From Nanobdellota archaeon (GTDB taxonomy: Archaea; Nanobdellota; Nanobdellia; Woesearchaeales; JAGWAF01), in assembly GCA_038046365.1 (NCBI GenBank), contig JBBSWF010000024.1, positions 1 to 48,668 on the forward strand: a stretch of 48,668 nucleotides of DNA. The letters run 5' to 3'. The notes under the pieces were generated by a model that was not told the origin of the DNA, searched no databases, and saw only the letters and a list, made by a program, of their open reading frames with translations. Position 1 is the stretch's first letter, and each line of letters begins with the position of its first letter. The translations under genes and the position numbers were made by a program. Below are positions 32,161 through 41,356 of the stretch, one piece after another.

Positions 32161-34083
32161 ATGGTTGACGGTGAGGACTGGTGGGCGAGATACTGCTTGG
32201 CTGGGATGAATGAATGGGACTATCCTGTCGATTCACGCAAGCTCCTGAATAAGCTCTTCAAGGATGACTATCGGAAATTCTCAAAGCGAATCTCCTTGCG
32301 CTCAATGGAGGAGATGATCAGGCGCACCACACATAACTTCGTCTGGATGCCTCGTGAGTTCCACGACGCAGCAAAGATGGATGTGGGATTCCCGCCTGTA
32401 ATCGATGGATCCAGAAATCGTATCCGAGAATTGACCAAATACCTCTCATTTGTTGAAGACCTTGACCTGACCACCTGTGAAGGCAGGAACATATACCTCC
32501 CTTACTCCTCGGACTGCCTATACCTCGCCCGGGGCGAGATGTTCCACTTCCTGTTGAGCGAACTCGATTACTGGAGGCTGCGCGGGGTGAATCAACTGGC
32601 TTATCTCGGATTATACCATTCCATACGCGAGGGTCTTATGCTCAATGATCCTAATCCCAAAGATGCCCTTGCCCACACGCGATTCCAGCATTGCACGCTA
32701 GCCGCTGCGATGATCGAGACGGTGATGACTAGGGGAAGTTTTGGAGATGAAGAGATCGGGGAAGCCACCCTCGCGACTTTCATGCACGACTACGCTACTC
32801 CGGGGCTTGGCGACACGATGAAAACACTCGATCGCAAAGGGCTTGATGAAGAGACGCATTTCCTTGACAGCTTATCTCCAGAGAGACAAGAACTGCTCTT
32901 GAAACGGCTGAAGATCGACATCCGGAGGGTAGACGGCATCATCAACGGAGCCATCAACACACCTGCCACTTCCCTACTTCACTCAAATGGAATAGACATC
33001 GATAAGATATCCTACGTAGCGATAGACTGCTTCAACTTCCTGCAGATGTGCCAGGACAACAAGGAATTGCCTGAATGGAATGGGCCATGGAGAGACCGCG
33101 AGGACGGATTAGCGGTCTTGCCTGGCAATATAGGCGTCAGATCGCGCGACGACCAGTTCGGGCTGTGGCAACAATACAATCATTGGAGACCTCCAGCGCT
33201 AAAACATCACCTTGAATCTATACTACAGAAAGATCCAGACCTCTTCGAGATCCACAAAGATATCGAAGTCCATCGCGAGAACGGCAGCGGAGAGTTCAAA
33301 GCCGTGTTCTCCAATCCCCGGAGGGCGCTCGCTTTCATCAGGATGAGGGCCTACCTGTGCTCGATGCTCTATTGCTCTGACGAAAGCCGAGGAAAAGAAG
33401 CTGGATACTTCCATCATCTCTTCGGCCGGCTCTACGGACGAGGCCTCCTGAAAGCTGAACACCTCCGGCGCATGACTGATCGGGAAGCGGCATTCACGCT
33501 TCTCGCCACGCTCGCTGAGCTTGAAGGCGTGCCTGTAGGATATGGGATCAAGAAGAATGGGGACATCAGGCCATATGTCTCTTATTCAGATGATACCTAC
33601 GTCGTGCATTACGGGCACGACCGGGGCCTGATGGACTACTTCATTCCACTCATCATCGGAAGCAGGCCTTACATCATCAAACGATTTGACAATCATCAAG
33701 AACTCTACAAGGAGACCCCTCCCTCTGTGCTGAACAACCACGGGACGATGATCAAGAGGTTCAAAGGATTCAAGACCGGGATAGAGACATTGGTGAAGAC
33801 TAAGGAGGGGATCGTGCCGTTATACACCACGCTGAAGGCTAAACATCTTCAAGAGCTTGATAGATTGAGAGCAAGTGCATCGGGAGTCTACCTGTTCCAG
33901 CCAAATCCAGAATACCGGGAGATCTTCAAACGGATAGAAGGACTTCATCGGAAGGCTGCTCAGAATCCCCGCGGGGAAGAGTATCCCCTGAGTCCGGAGT
34001 TCATCCATGCTCACGGATTGGATAATACCTCTTCTGAGGCAACGTCTGCGGCAGAAAATGATCCTATACTAGACATAATCTGA
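32161..34083 (+). CDS. HD-domain phosphohydrolase, SAMHD1/dGTPase-like (COG1078-type) with long N- and C-terminal extensions
   Basis: WRLRGVNQLAY (FQRL..QLG-like), AHTRFQHCTLAAA (HTRFEHSLGV-like), TFMHDYATPGLGD (HD motif) and GIDIDKISYVAIDC (D-x-D-K-x-DY-like). 640 aa. Confidence 0.65.
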   Translation: MVDGEDWWARYCLAGMNEWDYPVDSRKLLNKLFKDDYRKFSKRISLRSMEEMIRRTTHNFVWMPREFHDAAKMDVGFPPVIDGSRNRIRELTKYLSFVEDLDLTTCEGRNIYLPYSSDCLYLARGEMFHFLLSELDYWRLRGVNQLAYLGLYHSIREGLMLNDPNPKDALAHTRFQHCTLAAAMIETVMTRGSFGDEEIGEATLATFMHDYATPGLGDTMKTLDRKGLDEETHFLDSLSPERQELLLKRLKIDIRRVDGIINGAINTPATSLLHSNGIDIDKISYVAIDCFNFLQMCQDNKELPEWNGPWRDREDGLAVLPGNIGVRSRDDQFGLWQQYNHWRPPALKHHLESILQKDPDLFEIHKDIEVHRENGSGEFKAVFSNPRRALAFIRMRAYLCSMLYCSDESRGKEAGYFHHLFGRLYGRGLLKAEHLRRMTDREAAFTLLATLAELEGVPVGYGIKKNGDIRPYVSYSDDTYVVHYGHDRGLMDYFIPLIIGSRPYIIKRFDNHQELYKETPPSVLNNHGTMIKRFKGFKTGIETLVKTKEGIVPLYTTLKAKHLQELDRLRASASGVYLFQPNPEYREIFKRIEGLHRKAAQNPRGEEYPLSPEFIHAHGLDNTSSEATSAAENDPILDII

Positions 34084-34183
34084 TGGAACACATCCTGGAC
34101 ATCTTAACAGGATCCCTCGCCAATCGAAACGCTTAAATCTTCCTATAAAACCAGTATGAAGAAAATCTCAATAAACGATAGAA

Positions 34184-34885
34184 GTGATTATGATGTGGAA
34201 CTACTTCCCAAAAGCAGCGCCTCGACCTAAACCAGTCCAGGGCAAGGAACGCATGAAATTCGGGACGACCTGGTGGGGCAAGAAGTGGGTCGAAGCTGTC
34301 GAGGGGATAGGAGATCAACAGCGCATGTCACGCGGCAGAGCGTACGCACGGGCGAACCGGGCCTTCAACATAGATATAAAAGAAGGGAATGTGACCGCAA
34401 AGGTGGAAGGGTCGCATGGGGACTACAAGGTGTCGATGCGATTCTCGAAGATCGACGGGGACGATAAGGATAGACTATTATCCTCGCTTGTCGCCCAGCC
34501 AGAACTTCTCGGCGCGATTCTCAATAATGAAGTGCCTGATAATCTCGAAGACGCATCAAAGGTGGACTTGATACCGACGGAATTCGACTCGAAATGTTCA
34601 TGCCCAGACTACGAGAACCCCTGCAAACATATCGCCGCGGTTTTCTATGCCCTAGCAGCCGAGATTGATGCGGCTCCGCAAATACTCCTCAAGATCCGTG
34701 GAGTGGATAAGAATGACATCTTGAACGTAGCGACAGGGACGCTCGAGGCCGGTATCGATCATCCGAGCACCGTGAAAAAAGCGCGCAAATCCAAACAGAG
34801 CCGGCCAGCCAAACCGACTAAGAAAAGACCTATTAAGAAGGCGGCCACCTCACTAAAGAAGCCGGGAAAAACCAGACGAGAATAG
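34184..34885 (+). CDS. SWIM zinc-finger protein (partner of SNF2 helicase)
   Basis: FGTTWWGKKWVEAV..RMSRGRAYAR N-terminus and CSCPDYENPCKHIAAVFY (CxCxnCxH SWIM motif). Basic C-terminal tail. Confidence 0.8.
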   Translation: MIMMWNYFPKAAPRPKPVQGKERMKFGTTWWGKKWVEAVEGIGDQQRMSRGRAYARANRAFNIDIKEGNVTAKVEGSHGDYKVSMRFSKIDGDDKDRLLSSLVAQPELLGAILNNEVPDNLEDASKVDLIPTEFDSKCSCPDYENPCKHIAAVFYALAAEIDAAPQILLKIRGVDKNDILNVATGTLEAGIDHPSTVKKARKSKQSRPAKPTKKRPIKKAATSLKKPGKTRRE

Positions 34886-34888
34886 ATT

Positions 34889-37123
34889 ATGGCAGCGCGT
34901 CGGAGCGTATTTATATCAGGAAAGGACAGCATAATTGACGACTACAAGTTCTCTTTCGAAGGAAGATACAACCTGCTGTTTCGCCTCATCGCGCCATCTG
35001 ACGGAGAAGACCACTGGACGATTGAATACCTTATACAATCTGAAACCGATCTAAGCCTCACGTACCCTCTTGAGAAGGTGAGAAACCGGGACTCGGTACC
35101 GCTTCAAGCATCTCTTGTCGCGATCCAAAAGATGACGGCCGCATCAAAAATGACAAGGTTCGCCACAGCGGCCGCCACAAAACCACGGACCCTAACCAAT
35201 GAAGAGGCTTATGAGTTCATCAAGCATGAATCTTTCAAACTCAAAGAAGCCGGCTTCGCAGTACAGATACCAAAAAAACTTGAACCCGAACAGCAATCGG
35301 TAAAGCTCAACATCGATATCAAGGACTGGTCTCAATATGCAATCGGAAAAACCATCGGAGACAGCATTCTAAAGTTCGATTATACCGCCTCAATCGCCGG
35401 GCAGACCCTATCCCCTGAAGAATTCCAGCGCATCGTCGAGACAAAATCGCACTTGGCATATGTCAAGGATAAATGGGTCGAAATAAATCCAGAGGACGCC
35501 GAACGGCTCGCGAGAATGCTTGGCAAAAAACGAGGCAATAGTCTCCAAGCCGCTATGACTGACAGCTTGATCCTGGCTGAAACCGGAATAGAGACAAACG
35601 TCACCCGCGACGGGCGGGTATTCGAATCTATTATACATGCGATCAGCGATAAGGGACTTGCACTAAATCATTCAATTCCAGACGGTTTCAAAGGAAAACT
35701 CCGACCATACCAAGAACGAGGACTGACATGGCTGGATCTCATGTCCCGGATCGGACTGGGAGCGCTGCTGGCCGATGATATGGGCCTTGGAAAGACCGTG
35801 CAGGTGATCGCGCACACCTTGAGCCATCTTGATGATAAATCATCACCAGCGCTAATCGTATGCCCCACCTCAGTGATAGGAAACTGGGCTTTTGAGCTCC
35901 AAAGGTTCGCTCCATCGCTTCGGACAAGGATACACCATGGATCGTCTCGCAGCGAGGGCGACAGCTTCATCGCTGAGACAAAAAAACACGACGTCATAAT
36001 AACAAGTTATGCCCTATCAAGACGAGACCAGGATGAGCTATTATCGGTCAGATGGGGCCTTGTGGTCCTTGATGAAGCCCAGAACATCAAGAACCCGATC
36101 GCGAAACAGACCGAGATACTAAATAACATAAACACGAAGTCGCGAATAGCTCTGACTGGAACCCCAATCGAGAACAGGATATCCGACATATGGTCGATAA
36201 TGGAATTCCTCAATCCAGGGTACCTCCCGGAATGGGAGAAATTCAAAGAGATATTCGCCAGACCGATAGAATCTGACAATGACGCCCAGAAAAGAACAGC
36301 GCTCAAGACAGCACTCGCGCCTTTTATACTGCGCAGGCTCAAGACAGACAAATCCATCATTACAGACCTCCCTGACAAGATCGAGAAAAAGGAATGGTGC
36401 TATCTCACAAATGAACAGGCGACGCTGTATCAGGCAACCGTCGACGCCTCACTCAAAGATATCAAAGAGCAGGAAGCGCCGCAACAGAAACTGGCAATCT
36501 TCGCGGCGATAACAAAGCTCAAGCAGATATGTAACCATCCCTCCAACTTCCTCAAGGACTCGCACGAACTAGGCAACAGATCAGGAAAGATAGAACGCCT
36601 AAGAGATCTGCTCGGTCAGATCACAGCCGCCGGAGAATCCTGCCTGATCTTCTCCCAATACGCGGAGATGGGGGCGCTTCTCCATCAAAACCTCAAAAAG
36701 GAGATAGATGCTCCTGTACTGTTTATCCATGGCGGGGTTCCAAGAAAAACAAGGGAAGAATTGGTCGCTGAGTTCCAACAAGACGACGGAAAACCAAGAA
36801 TAATGATCCTCTCCCTAAAAGCCGGAGGCACAGGCTTGAACCTGACTCGCGCGACCCAGGTCATCCACTTCGACCGATGGTGGAACCCCGCAGTAGAAAA
36901 CCAGGCCACTGACCGGGCATACCGCATCGGGCAGAAAAAAAACGTGATAGTCCACAAGTTTGTGACCAAGGGCACCATCGAGGAAAGAATCGAGGACGTA
37001 CTTCAACGAAAATCAAAACTATCTGATTCAATGCTCACCTCAGGCGAGAGCGCACTCTCGGGAATGAGCGTCGAGAGCCTCAGAGAGCTATTCACATTAA
37101 AGGATTGGGAAGAGAGTAGGTGA
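34889..37123 (+). CDS. SNF2-family helicase/ATPase with N-terminal SNF2-associated domain
   Basis: LADDMGLGKT (motif I), VVLDEAQNIKN (DEAQ box), LTGTPIEN, and helicase-C motifs SLKAGGTGLNLT and QATDRAYRIGQ. Starts 3 nt after the SWIM gene. Confidence 0.9.
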   Translation: MAARRSVFISGKDSIIDDYKFSFEGRYNLLFRLIAPSDGEDHWTIEYLIQSETDLSLTYPLEKVRNRDSVPLQASLVAIQKMTAASKMTRFATAAATKPRTLTNEEAYEFIKHESFKLKEAGFAVQIPKKLEPEQQSVKLNIDIKDWSQYAIGKTIGDSILKFDYTASIAGQTLSPEEFQRIVETKSHLAYVKDKWVEINPEDAERLARMLGKKRGNSLQAAMTDSLILAETGIETNVTRDGRVFESIIHAISDKGLALNHSIPDGFKGKLRPYQERGLTWLDLMSRIGLGALLADDMGLGKTVQVIAHTLSHLDDKSSPALIVCPTSVIGNWAFELQRFAPSLRTRIHHGSSRSEGDSFIAETKKHDVIITSYALSRRDQDELLSVRWGLVVLDEAQNIKNPIAKQTEILNNINTKSRIALTGTPIENRISDIWSIMEFLNPGYLPEWEKFKEIFARPIESDNDAQKRTALKTALAPFILRRLKTDKSIITDLPDKIEKKEWCYLTNEQATLYQATVDASLKDIKEQEAPQQKLAIFAAITKLKQICNHPSNFLKDSHELGNRSGKIERLRDLLGQITAAGESCLIFSQYAEMGALLHQNLKKEIDAPVLFIHGGVPRKTREELVAEFQQDDGKPRIMILSLKAGGTGLNLTRATQVIHFDRWWNPAVENQATDRAYRIGQKKNVIVHKFVTKGTIEERIEDVLQRKSKLSDSMLTSGESALSGMSVESLRELFTLKDWEESR

Positions 37124-37175
37124 CCAGAGATCAGCTCGACTCGATATGACTTATGGAAAAACTGATCGGATAGTC

Positions 37176-37586
37176 TCAGATGATCATGCGCCCGCTCTGC
37201 TTGCGCCTATAATCCAATCCCTGCTGCTGCTTCGGATACCAGGCCGGGCCTGTGGCAGAGAAGATCTCCATCTTAGGGCTCGGGTCGAAATAGAAAGGTG
37301 TGTTTTTCGGGATGAAGGCGACGGCGTCCTTCTCCAAATCCATCCTCAATTCCTTGCCGCCGATGATCACCACGACAGCGCCCTTTCCTTTAAGCAGAAG
37401 GACCGCTTCATCCACTTTCTTGCTGATGATGTATCCTTGCCTCGGAAACCTTGAATTATGGACGCCTATGCCAACGGCGAGATCCTTGTTCTCACGCCAG
37501 CTGATATACTCGAGGAACTCGCCGCTTGAAGTCCTTATCCGGTTAGTCTCGGATCGGCGGATAAGCATAGGCTTTATCGTTGCCAT
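37176..37586 (-). CDS. Cupin-fold protein
   Basis: 136 aa. The beta-rich core (..VVVIIGGKELRMDLEKDAVAFIPKNTPFYF..) resembles cupin_2. Weak assignment. Confidence 0.45.
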   Translation of the reverse strand: MATIKPMLIRRSETNRIRTSSGEFLEYISWRENKDLAVGIGVHNSRFPRQGYIISKKVDEAVLLLKGKGAVVVIIGGKELRMDLEKDAVAFIPKNTPFYFDPSPKMEIFSATGPAWYPKQQQGLDYRRKQSGRMII

Positions 37587-37681
37587 ATGTCACGCGGATC
37601 ATCGCTTGATATAAAATGATTTATGACGACCGACCGGTGAACTCCTCGGACTTAAAAGCGAGGCAGCTCACTAGACGGTGA

Positions 37682-37913
37682 TCACGACTTTCGATAGGAC
37701 TCAACGCGAAGGCCTGGAACTCGCTTGAACTCGTCGACATTCCTCGTTAGCACCGCTTCGTTATGCTGGATAGCGATACCTGCAATCCGTCGTCTTTTCA
37801 AGCCTCTCGTCGATATCCTTGCGGACGTCTTTGACGGCTTTTCTCAAACCAGCGACTTCTTTCTTCTCGAGAATCCCAGCAAGTTCCAAGAGAGAGCTCT
37901 TGTCTACTATCAT
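37682..37913 (-). pseudogene. Decayed VapBC locus: antitoxin-like ORF (37761-37913) plus only the last ~34 codons of a PIN-domain toxin (37682-37786) in another frame
   Basis: MIVDKSSLLELAGILEKKEVAGLRKAVKDVRKDIDERL.. is followed, out of frame, by IAGIAIQHNEAVLTRNVDEFKRVPGLRVESY*, a typical VapC C-terminus. No PIN N-terminal part is present. Confidence 0.55.
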
Positions 37914-38848
37914 TTTCCCCAATCCTTGCCGCTTGTCTTGCCGCCAGTAAGATACCTGTGGCACTCTAATGCCGCGATGGCTCCCTGACCGGCAGCGATG
38001 ACGCTCTGTTTAAAAGGAGTGGGAGTGCAGTCTCCTGCGGCGAAGATGCCTTTCACGCTTGTGTTCTGGCGATCGTCGACGATGACTTCGCCGTGCTCGT
38101 TCATATCAACGAGACCTTTGACCATGGATGAGTCGATCATGTGACCGATCTCGACGAACACACCGTCGAGCGTGATGTCGGTCTCTTTTCCGGTCTTGAT
38201 GTTCTTGACAAGCAGCGACTTGACTATCTTGTCGCCTCTGATCTCCTGGGGGGTGGAGTCAAGGACCAATTCGACGTTCTTTAAGGCCTTGACCTTCTCT
38301 ACAGTGATCTCGTCAGCGCGGAACGCGTCCCTGCGGTGGACAAGATAGACTTTCTTGCATAATGGAGCGAGCTCAAGCGCTGCTTCTACGGCTGCGTTGC
38401 CGCCGCCGATGACTGAGGTCGTCTTGTTCTTGAAGAAGGGGGCGTCGCATGTCGCGCATGTAGAGACACCTCGTCCGAAAAATTTCTTTTCACCCGGGAT
38501 GTTCAATGGTTTAGGAAGGACACCGAACGCCAGGATGACAGATCTTGCTGATTCTTTGGAGCCGTCTTCTAATGCGAGTTCGAATGTCTTGTCGTTCTTC
38601 TGCTCAATCTTCATGACCCGATTCGTGACGATCTTCGCGCCGAACCCTTCCGCCTGCTCCCTCATTATCTCCATCAGTTTCGGGCCTGGCAAAGCTTTGA
38701 CACCGGGATAGTTCTCGATATCATTCGTGAGATTTGTCTGGCCGCCCACTTCTGGCGAGATGATCAGAGTCTTGAACTGCTTTCTAGTCGTGTAGATAGC
38801 CGCTGACAAGCCGGCAGAGCCGGCACCGATGATGATGACGTCGTGCAT
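37910..38848 (-). CDS. trxB: Thioredoxin reductase
   Basis: DVIIIGAGSAGLSAAIY, redox-active CATCD, second dinucleotide fold VIGGGNAAVEAA, and GIFAAGDC. Confidence 0.9.
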   Translation of the reverse strand: MHDVIIIGAGSAGLSAAIYTTRKQFKTLIISPEVGGQTNLTNDIENYPGVKALPGPKLMEIMREQAEGFGAKIVTNRVMKIEQKNDKTFELALEDGSKESARSVILAFGVLPKPLNIPGEKKFFGRGVSTCATCDAPFFKNKTTSVIGGGNAAVEAALELAPLCKKVYLVHRRDAFRADEITVEKVKALKNVELVLDSTPQEIRGDKIVKSLLVKNIKTGKETDITLDGVFVEIGHMIDSSMVKGLVDMNEHGEVIVDDRQNTSVKGIFAAGDCTPTPFKQSVIAAGQGAIAALECHRYLTGGKTSGKDWGK

Positions 38849-38991
38849 GAGGCGCTGTGAACTGTGCTAATATTTAAAACGTATTTGTTTAACTCCTTCA
38901 AATCGTAGTCTTGAGGATGACAGATAAATACTTTCGAACCCATTGATGGAATCTTGTGAATCTTCTTAAAGGATAAGCCATAGAAGAACGG

Positions 38992-40050
38992 ATGAGCCTT
39001 GGGCAAGAACTAATTGGCGAAGCATCCAAGATACATATCGCCACAAAAGGCATATGCAACTTCTTTGGGGGTCTTGGCAAGTTCATATCCCAAAGCAGAG
39101 GATTCCCCTCCTACTTCACAGTGAGGGGCAAAGAGATCGAAGAGATCCCTGACAACCTTCTTCTCGAGCAGAGGGTATACCCGGTCATAAACAAGAGTCC
39201 GAAAGACCTCTCCCTGGCCATAAAATCCTGTGAAAAACTGGGCCGGAAGGTGTTCAGGCTGAGCAAAGATAAAATTGCCGTAGTGAGATCCCGAGAGTTC
39301 ATGATATGCGGAAGCACGCTTCCTATCCTGATCCAATACGATATCCTAGACAAAAGAAAACCAGACGAGCGGGCCGGTGAAGGGGCGCTATACGTCAAGC
39401 AGATGAATCTCCATCGGCTCTTTATGGGCACATTGTATTACCTAGCTATCGGGGAGGATTATCCATTATTTCTTAGCGAAGAATCGATATTCGAACCCGG
39501 AATCAACGGTTCGACACTCAATGAGGCTTACCGAAAAGACCAACAACTCCTTAGCAGTCCTGAACTACTGCGTGAGATAGTGAAACTGAGCGTTGTCTCC
39601 TACCTCTTATCGTTATATGACATGGACAACGACATGAACATATTAGTGCAAGGAAACCGATTGAAAGTGGTAGACTTCGACAAGGCATTCTGGGAGAGGA
39701 TCCCCTCTCCGAGGGAAACGCTCATCAATCCATTCACCTACGAGACAACAGGGTCGGATGGCAAGACAAAGCTATGCGACCTCCCTGATGAGAAACTGAT
39801 GAGAAGATACGGACATGACCTTGATGACTTGGTATCCTGTGAGATGAGCAATGCGCATCGGAATATCTCCGCTAACATAGGCTTATTTCACGCGGTAATA
39901 GAGGAGATGAGCCATGTCGATTATTACAACATCGCAGCCCAGCACCTGTATGGCATGAAAGACATAGGACGCTACTTCACCTCAAGACTTGAAGAGTTCC
40001 GCGCAGCGTTGAACCAGCCAAAAAACGGTATGATCCGAAGGCTTTTGTGA
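38992..40050 (+). CDS. Hypothetical protein with a PI3/4-kinase-like catalytic/activation-loop signature
   Basis: LLSLYDMDNDMNILVQGNRLKVVDFDKAF is collinear with the G-D-R-H-x-x-N..(I/V)DFG..F pattern (Asp, Asn and DF-Asp retained). The rest is unrecognised. Confidence 0.35.
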   Translation: MSLGQELIGEASKIHIATKGICNFFGGLGKFISQSRGFPSYFTVRGKEIEEIPDNLLLEQRVYPVINKSPKDLSLAIKSCEKLGRKVFRLSKDKIAVVRSREFMICGSTLPILIQYDILDKRKPDERAGEGALYVKQMNLHRLFMGTLYYLAIGEDYPLFLSEESIFEPGINGSTLNEAYRKDQQLLSSPELLREIVKLSVVSYLLSLYDMDNDMNILVQGNRLKVVDFDKAFWERIPSPRETLINPFTYETTGSDGKTKLCDLPDEKLMRRYGHDLDDLVSCEMSNAHRNISANIGLFHAVIEEMSHVDYYNIAAQHLYGMKDIGRYFTSRLEEFRAALNQPKNGMIRRLL

Positions 40051-40060
40051 AGTCTCACTC

Positions 40061-40633
40061 TCAAGAGCCATCGCCGCAATCACAACTCTTGGCAAAGTTG
40101 GGATTATCAATCCTGAATCCTTCTCCCTGGGGGGACTTCACATAATCGATGTTCGACCCTTTGAGCATGCCAAACGAGGATTGGTCGATAAACAGCCTGA
40201 CCCCCTCCTGCTCGATGACTTTGTCGTCTTTTTTTGGCTCTTTCTCGAAATCGAACTCGTACATAAAATCCGAACAGCCGCCTGGCGAAGCGGTGATGCG
40301 GAGGCCGTATCCATCTTTTTTCTGCTCGGCAAAGATGCTCTTGATCATCTCGATCGCTTTCGGGGAGAGAGTAATAGATGTTGAATCTTGGCTGCCATTG
40401 GCTGTCTTGGAGACCGCTTCGTTTAGCTCCTCGACCATCTTGGCGACCTCTTCATCAGACATGCCATGCGCCTTGGCGCCCTCTTCGATTGTCTCGGAAT
40501 GAGCTACATGGCAGCCGACGCAGTGCAAACCGTAGCTCAACATCGTCTCGACGCATTCGGGATGGTCGGACACTACTTCTCCTAATGTCATCTCTTTGGT
40601 GATCGAAGATCCTGAATCCTTGTCTTTCGCCAT
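40061..40633 (-). CDS. Fusion of a DUF1858 (hybrid-cluster-associated redox disulfide) domain and an IscA/HesB A-type Fe-S carrier domain
   Basis: From ATG 40633 (GGAGG 8 nt upstream): TLGEVVSDHPECVETMLSYGLHCVGCH.., then LRITASPGGCSDFMYEF and C-terminal CDCG, as in IscA/SufA. Confidence 0.7.
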   Translation of the reverse strand: MAKDKDSGSSITKEMTLGEVVSDHPECVETMLSYGLHCVGCHVAHSETIEEGAKAHGMSDEEVAKMVEELNEAVSKTANGSQDSTSITLSPKAIEMIKSIFAEQKKDGYGLRITASPGGCSDFMYEFDFEKEPKKDDKVIEQEGVRLFIDQSSFGMLKGSNIDYVKSPQGEGFRIDNPNFAKSCDCGDGS

Positions 40634-40718
40634 GGGTTTCCTCCACTCTTTGAACTGCGAAATCTGTGGATGGTTAATAAAGAATTCGTTTGCTGCATTG
40701 AGACAACAGAAGGCCTGA

Positions 40719-40949
40719 CTACTTGGGGGGCTCATCCTCTTCATCTTCCTTGCCGCAGCAGCCGCATCCCTTTAGCTCCATAGGCGGCGTGCCATTATAG
40801 TATCCGTCGAGGATATCCATCGCCTTGTCAAGAGGGTTAGGCTCTTTCTTTGAGGATTTTGAAGCTTTTTTCTTCTTGGCATCAGTCTTGACAGCGAATG
40901 GACGCAGCTTGTCCGGACCTTGCGAATCCGGCATCTTCAATGATCTCAT
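40719..40949 (-). CDS. Lys-rich microprotein with C-terminal CGCCG motif and acidic tail
   Basis: 76 aa. ATGA overlap with the upstream regulator gene suggests translational coupling. Ends ..MELKGCGCCGKEDEEDEPPK. Confidence 0.4.
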   Translation of the reverse strand: MRSLKMPDSQGPDKLRPFAVKTDAKKKKASKSSKKEPNPLDKAMDILDGYYNGTPPMELKGCGCCGKEDEEDEPPK

Positions 40950-41356
40950 GTCTTCACCTTCACGTTAGGTTTATCCTGTGACGGATCGTCGAAACAGATC
41001 GCGCAGCCTGCCGGCACTGTGCCGCAGACCTTCCTGTGGAGCTTGCAGGTGAAATTGCGGTCCATCACGAGTCTTAGGATCTTCTGCAGGATGTTCCTCA
41101 TTGGGACTCCATCCATGAGGGCCTTAGCCTCACGCTCGAACTCCGGCGCCATGTCTTTTGGGAAATCGATTTCTGCCTGGCCTCTCTTGTCGCTTAAGTA
41201 TTGGGAGATCGCAGCATCGGTGACACCGAGCTTCTTGGCGATCTCTTTTTGCTCGACACCCCTCTTCTTGAGGCACCTCGACAGCTCACGTCGGATAGCC
41301 GGAAGGACAATGTAGACCTCGACTTCCTGAGGGTGGACCATCTTGTGATTAACCAT
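40946..41356 (-). CDS. HTH transcriptional regulator with C-terminal Cys4 motif (candidate Fe-S-sensing regulator of the suf locus)
   Basis: IVLPAIRRELSRCLKKRGVEQKEIAKKLGVTDAAISQYLSDKRG (HTH) and C-x6-C-x6-C-x2-C (CKLHRKVCGTVPAGCAIC). Start 41356 or 41341; the ORF is open to 41389. Confidence 0.6.
   Translation of the reverse strand: MVNHKMVHPQEVEVYIVLPAIRRELSRCLKKRGVEQKEIAKKLGVTDAAISQYLSDKRGQAEIDFPKDMAPEFEREAKALMDGVPMRNILQKILRLVMDRNFTCKLHRKVCGTVPAGCAICFDDPSQDKPNVKVKT

Noticed and set aside
27588-37178. Shared 13-mer ATCGGATAGTCTC at about 27589 and about 37164
   Set aside because: For a 48.7-kb window searched on both strands, tens of 13-mer coincidences are expected by chance. The flanks do not align.
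40634-40744. N-terminal 37-codon extension of the DUF1858-IscA ORF
   Set aside because: The extension overlaps the end of the microprotein ORF and has no homology. ATG 40633 is preceded by a GGAGG Shine-Dalgarno-like sequence and starts the DUF1858 domain.
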